DNA of 61,712 bases, counting the filler, from Vannella sp. (Eukaryota), in NCBI GenBank assembly GCA_023345925.1. It is 4 parts of 4 records of this genome, joined end to end, with 100 filler letters (N's around TTAATTAATTAA, not from the genome) between each part and the next. Parts side by side here need not be neighbours in the genome. Positions count along the whole stretch, not along the records: positions 54,803 to 61,712 come from JAJQQN010001415.1; 3 more parts are not named here. The stretch is one strand, 5' to 3'. The notes under the pieces are model-generated. The model did no database searches, had not been told where the DNA came from, and saw only the letters and a list, made by a program, of their open reading frames with translations. Each line of letters opens with the position of its first letter. Within the stretch, counting starts at the first letter, position 1. The position numbers and the translations under genes are program-made. Below are positions 57,177 through 61,712 of this stretch, in pieces.

Positions 57177-57779
57177 ATGGTTCGGAGGAACAGAGGGAAA
57201 CCTGCCAAAGGCTCTCAAGTGCGTGAATTAAGGGCTCTTCTTGTGGGAGACTATGGTGTGGGGAAGTCCTCGTTACTTCTCCAGTTTGTGGACAACGCCT
57301 TCCAGGAGACACAGGAGATACGCTTTGTGGACGATAGATACCGGACAATTGAGGTCGGGGGCGAGCTATTCAAGCTAAAGCTCGTGGACACACGTGCCAC
57401 AGAAAGGTTCAGGAGCCTTGGATATAGTATTTACAGAACCATAGAAGGGATTATTCTGGTCTACGATGTAACGAACGAGGAGTCCTTCACGAGCATACGA
57501 AACTGGTTGGAGGAAATCAACCAACGCCGTCGAGATACCCCCTTTATGCTCCTGGTTGGGAACAAATGTGACTTGGTTTCACAGAGAGTCGTTGACTGGG
57601 ATTCTGGAGCCTTGTTGGCACGAGAGCTGAGAATCCCCTTTGTGGAGACCTCCTCAAAGGACCCCGTCAGTGTCGATATCGCTTTTGCTTTTCTTTCAGA
57701 AGGGATGATTCAAACCGCTCCACCAACACCAACGATAGAATCAAAGGCGCCCCCTGAGAAGTCATGCAAATTGCAATGA
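57177..57779 (+). CDS. Divergent Rab1-like small GTPase, intronless
   Basis: GDYGVGKS, ERFRS, GIILVYDVT, LVGNKCDL, ETSSK, C-terminal CKLQ; G3 reads DTRATE. Confidence 0.85.
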   Translation: MVRRNRGKPAKGSQVRELRALLVGDYGVGKSSLLLQFVDNAFQETQEIRFVDDRYRTIEVGGELFKLKLVDTRATERFRSLGYSIYRTIEGIILVYDVTNEESFTSIRNWLEEINQRRRDTPFMLLVGNKCDLVSQRVVDWDSGALLARELRIPFVETSSKDPVSVDIAFAFLSEGMIQTAPPTPTIESKAPPEKSCKLQ

Positions 57780-58508
57780 ACTTTGATTGGTTGGAGCGGG
57801 CGCGGCACGTCTGTTGGGGAAATCGATTTGCCGATGAGATAATGAACCAAAGATCTTCCCATTTGGTAGGGAGTGAGAATCATTGGGACCTTCTTCAAGG
57901 GAAAAGAAGTCCAAAAAGTTCTCGGGTATCCTTTTGCAGCTGCGTTTGTGATTGATGAGGGCTCAATGTCGTTTCAGGGCGATGAGTCTAGGTTCTCTTG
58001 TCCATGGCTGAAGTGGGAGAGCTCACATCACCAGACCCACTACATTTCCTAGCCACCATTTGGTTGCAAATACCCCCTCGTTCCCTCAACAGAACGAGGG
58101 AGAAAACTATTTCCTGAGGGTTCAGATTACGAGCTACTGATGGGATGTGGCATCAGCAGACGTCCCCGACAGAACGACCTGACACAAGTTCATCCACCCC
58201 TGGTAGTTTCATGGCAAGCAAATGTCACTATTTGCTTCATTCCTTTGATGGTAGTCTACTAGTGGCAACAGCAAATCCAAATGCAACGTTCTAGATCATT
58301 GGATCAATCTACCTAACGAATCCTCCATTGATAGGCCGACCAAGCCGTCAGCAGGGCAGGTTGGTCCGTCAAATCAACCGCTAATGGACTGTTTAGATAA
58401 GAAGGTCCTTTGATTGTGGATTGTCTTGAAGGATGCCGAGGTAGGGCTGATTGGGGAACAATGTGTGGGTGGATAAATGGCTCTCTAATCAGGGAGAATG
58501 TGCGGGTG

Positions 58509-60458
58509 TTACCAATAGGGATCGAGAAGTGCCTCAAAATCAGGGGCTACGAGCCTAGCATACTCTTGTTGGATATGAACTGCATCTTGGAACTGCTGGA
58601 TTCCATGAACGACATTCTGGCATGTTCTGTTGGGGCAGATAAACGCGTCCATGTTCAACACAGCATATTGGTTTTCTTCTCCCACAGCTGTAAGTAGCTC
58701 TCGAGCCTCCCAATATCCGTTCGCTTTGGATGCTGGCGCAAAACAGTTTGGATCACCGTTCTCTAAGCAGGGCTCCATTCCCAGGCCTACCAAATTCATA
58801 TGAGGAAGCATTATGACTATTTTCGTTAGAGGAGACACGTTGATGAGAGCTCCCTTGACTCCATCCCTCATTATCCGATACCATTCGGGGGAGAACCGAT
58901 TGGCCCATGGCCCTTTGGGATCGGAGGCGTTGTGGATTTGGCTGTGAGTTATGAAAGAAAGGCAGAAGAGGATGATGGATTTTGGAGGAGGCTGACGATT
59001 GATAGCGTCCCACAACCTTTCTTGATCGAATTCATGTTCAGGCTCTCCGGCACTCCAATTTGGAATCACCTTCATCCAAGGTGTTGAGAGCGCCACCACA
59101 TGTTCGACCCGTATGGATCGCTTCTTTCTGATCGAGCTCACGACACCGCTTTGCACCCATTCTTGAAGATAGGAGTCTCCAAGAAGCAATGATGGGCCAA
59201 GCGTTTGGACAGAGGTATCTGACGGAGCACCTTCAGGGTAGCCTTCAAGAATTCCCTGTTGCTCAGATTCATCTTCGACTCTGAAAGTTGCTGCCGGAAG
59301 GAGGATAAGGATGCTCATAAACGCCAAAATTGAGAGAATAAACCCACAAAAGAGAACCTGAGGCGACGAGAGTCGAAGAGACTTGAGAGGCTTCTCAAGA
59401 ACAACATTCGAGATGGCCCCGCAAGCAATTGTGGCTAAAATCAAGAAGATACCTCGGACCAAGTCCATTTTCGTATCAAAAGGACGCGTCATTTCGTCCA
59501 CAAAGATGAGGGGATAGTGCCAAAGGTACATCGAGTAAGAATACAGTCCAAGTCTTTGGAAAACTGGGCTGGAAAGTGCTTCCGCAGCAAAGGTTGAAGA
59601 GTTGAGCTCGAAGCCGACAATCATGAGGGCCATGCATCCCGTTGCCATCGCTCCTGCTAATAGCGGTGCGATTTCGAAAGGGTAAACACTCAAGAGGAGG
59701 AAGCTCACTAGTCCAGTGTAGGACAAGGTGCCGGGAAGAGCATCCTTTGAGATGGTTTGATTCCTCTCTGTCCTGGAAAGCTGCCACAGCGCCAGGCAGG
59801 CGCCCGCCACCAGCTGATAGACACGGAACTGCGTTCCATAATACAACGTGCTAGAAGGAACGCCTTGAGAAGCGCAAGCGAGAGTGAACCCGCAGCAAAG
59901 TACCAGAAGGCCGATCGCAAAGAGGAACACTCGTTGGTGGCTCCCTCCAAGCTTGTACGCCAGGTAAACTAGCAACGGCCACACCAAGTACAACTGCTCT
60001 TCCACTGCCAAGGACCAGAAGTGAAGGACGGGACTGCGCCCCGTTCCTTGAGAGAAGTAGTCTCGGCTAGACCACACAAGGTACCAGTTCTCACCGTACA
60101 CGCTGGCACTCAAGAAGGCAGCTCGGAGCCGATGGACTGTGGCTGCAGTTGTGAGGAAGCGAGTGGCTACGGCAGTGAAGAGGAGCACAAACGCGGAGAC
60201 GGGGAGAAGGCGCTTGCATCTACGAGCGTAGAAATCGCTGAACGAGAAAGAGCGTCCTGAGACGCTGGTCTGCTTCATCGCCAGGATGCTGGTGATGACG
60301 AAGCCAGAGAGGACAAAGAAAGCGTCCACTCCCACGTACCCAACCTGGATCCATTTGAAGTCCAAGTGGAAGAGGATCACCACAAGCACAAACACTCCTC
60401 TCAACCCATCCAAAGGGACTCTCCGCGTAAACTCTGAGCCAAGCAAGGGCGTGCCCAT
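58509..60458 (-). CDS. Acyltransferase-3 + SGNH fusion (OafA/OatA/YrhL-like O-acyltransferase), intronless
   Basis: LDGLRG, GYVGVDAFFVLSGFVIT, FYARRCKRLLP, LHFWSLAVEEQLYLVWP, SYSMYLWHYP; SGNH motifs LLGDS and DAVH. Confidence 0.9.
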   Translation of the reverse strand: MGTPLLGSEFTRRVPLDGLRGVFVLVVILFHLDFKWIQVGYVGVDAFFVLSGFVITSILAMKQTSVSGRSFSFSDFYARRCKRLLPVSAFVLLFTAVATRFLTTAATVHRLRAAFLSASVYGENWYLVWSSRDYFSQGTGRSPVLHFWSLAVEEQLYLVWPLLVYLAYKLGGSHQRVFLFAIGLLVLCCGFTLACASQGVPSSTLYYGTQFRVYQLVAGACLALWQLSRTERNQTISKDALPGTLSYTGLVSFLLLSVYPFEIAPLLAGAMATGCMALMIVGFELNSSTFAAEALSSPVFQRLGLYSYSMYLWHYPLIFVDEMTRPFDTKMDLVRGIFLILATIACGAISNVVLEKPLKSLRLSSPQVLFCGFILSILAFMSILILLPAATFRVEDESEQQGILEGYPEGAPSDTSVQTLGPSLLLGDSYLQEWVQSGVVSSIRKKRSIRVEHVVALSTPWMKVIPNWSAGEPEHEFDQERLWDAINRQPPPKSIILFCLSFITHSQIHNASDPKGPWANRFSPEWYRIMRDGVKGALINVSPLTKIVIMLPHMNLVGLGMEPCLENGDPNCFAPASKANGYWEARELLTAVGEENQYAVLNMDAFICPNRTCQNVVHGIQQFQDAVHIQQEYARLVAPDFEALLDPYW

Positions 60459-60759
60459 CCAAGTCGGAGAGGGGCAAATGAAACATTCACTTGCCAAGAG
60501 GTCCCTTGCAGCAACCAAAGGACGCTAGCCTCTCTTGTTCCCAAGATCCAGCCTTCCAAACTGGTAGATCAGTGCAGTAGTTCACCCAACCACTAAACCG
60601 CTTCCGAGGTGGCCACACAACGAAGGCCATTCAGAAAAGTGCTCCAAAATCGATGGCGAGTGGGCGAATGGAAATTAAATAAGTTTTTAGGTTTTCAACT
60701 TTCTGTGTCCAACCATGCTAGGAAGCCAGCAAAGAGACATTCTGGTGGGAAAAGGGGCA

Positions 60760-61712
60760 TTAGGACGTAGAGGAGGGGGCTTGGTGGTTATGATGCTTTG
60801 ATGAGGAGTCTGAATGATCCATGAGACGGGTTAGTGTCTCAGGAAAGTGGCGGCGGAGCGCGTTGAGGTGCGAATAGGAGACAGTGAACTCTCGATCACA
60901 TCGTAGGCACACTGGATGGGACAAATGAGGGTCTCTCCTTGATGGAGTGGTGCTTTGGGTGTTAGTGCTTGGTTTAAAGTACCGCCGGAGCACGGAAGAG
61001 GGCTGGCTGTTGGAGTCTTGATGGCAGGTGATCTTGGAGGCGCTATCGATGTGTGCAAGGTACGCTGTGAGGTTGATGTCTCTATCACCTACTCTGTGCT
61101 CGGTAAAGGTGAGCTTGGAGAGGTGGTAGCCCTTCACCACGAAGATATCCCCGTTGGGGTACGTGAAAGTCTCCTTTCTGTCGTGTCAGGACGCTCTAGG
61201 TCCTCCCAATAGATGCCTAGGCATAACTTACAAAGTACTCTGGAGGACTAGTACGCCATCGTCGCTTCCAGTCCTCTGCAAAGAAGGCAAAGTGACCGCA
61301 CGGTTCAATGTACGTTCCCCTCACAACATAAGGACTCGCTGCTGGTTCCACATACTTCCTAGACGCCGCCACAAACGCTACTATCCCTGCCAACAGCAGC
61401 AGCCCGTTGGCAGCCGCCAAAAGGTGATACCAACTCACCACATCCACCACCAAAGCGCCCAGCACGCCCCAAACCATCCCAGCAACAGAGAATGAAGAGA
61501 AGAACAAGTGAGAGGGAGGAATCCGGAACAGATGAATCAGGAATGAGACAATCGCCTGGTCTGCCGTCCCACCGGGTTCTGAAAGTGACCCTCTTTGGGC
61601 CCTTTGGAAGGATGAGAACCCTCAAACTTCACCTTGTTGATCAGTGCTTATGAGTAGGAGTGCCTGGGACGTGTTGTCCAACCCAATAGCAAGTCAAGTC
61701 ATGTTTTAGTGG
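60760..61712 (-). CDS. Unidentified spliced membrane protein, probably 5'-truncated by the window end
   Basis: The hydrophobic exon ORF 61217-61507 ends at a GTAAGT donor that can splice in frame to ETFTYPNGDIFVVKGYH (ORF 60760-61140). No family recognised. Confidence 0.4.

Noticed and set aside
58075..58101. 9-bp hairpin CCCTCGTTC/GAACGAGGG in the Rab-acyltransferase interval
   Set aside because: Short enough to arise by chance, with no supporting RNA-family features.
30007..60458. Apparent glycan acetylation/deacetylation set (CE2, YdjC, AT3-SGNH)
   Set aside because: The genes lie on three different contigs joined artificially, so no cluster can be claimed.

Overview
This is gene-dense genomic DNA from a microbial eukaryote. 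Introns are short (about 45-60 nt, GT..AG, often with CTRAC branch points) and intergenic gaps are often only 50-200 nt. The window is four contigs (1-24265, 24366-40490, 40591-54702, 54803-61712) joined by artificial 100-nt N44-TTAATTAATTAA-N44 spacers, so adjacency across spacers means nothing. Recognisable genes include a TRANK1-type UvrD/TPR helicase, UTP4, a RUN+Rubicon-homology protein, two paralogous RCC1-repeat genes, SMARCAL1 (with an apparent frameshift), CPI1, POLE2, a RasGEF, a divergent Rab, a HERP-like UBL protein, a SIP5/DA2-type RING protein, a CE2-type esterase and an OafA-type acyltransferase. CPI1 plus the general gene content suggests a cycloartenol-using, possibly amoeboid protist (inference). 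The best candidates for new biology are: (1) a MYND-TPR protein with two tandem HEPN-like (N-x-x-K-H) modules, a possible sensor-RNase immune effector; (2) a decayed bacterial-defence-type AAA_15/AAA_21 ABC ATPase; (3) a multi-CUB/mucin/GAIN-GPS receptor with only one TM helix; (4) an LRR-SAPS fusion; and (5) a 38-bp inverted repeat in a scrambled region that also holds an RCC1 gene fragment. All family calls come from motif recognition by eye; no searches were run.
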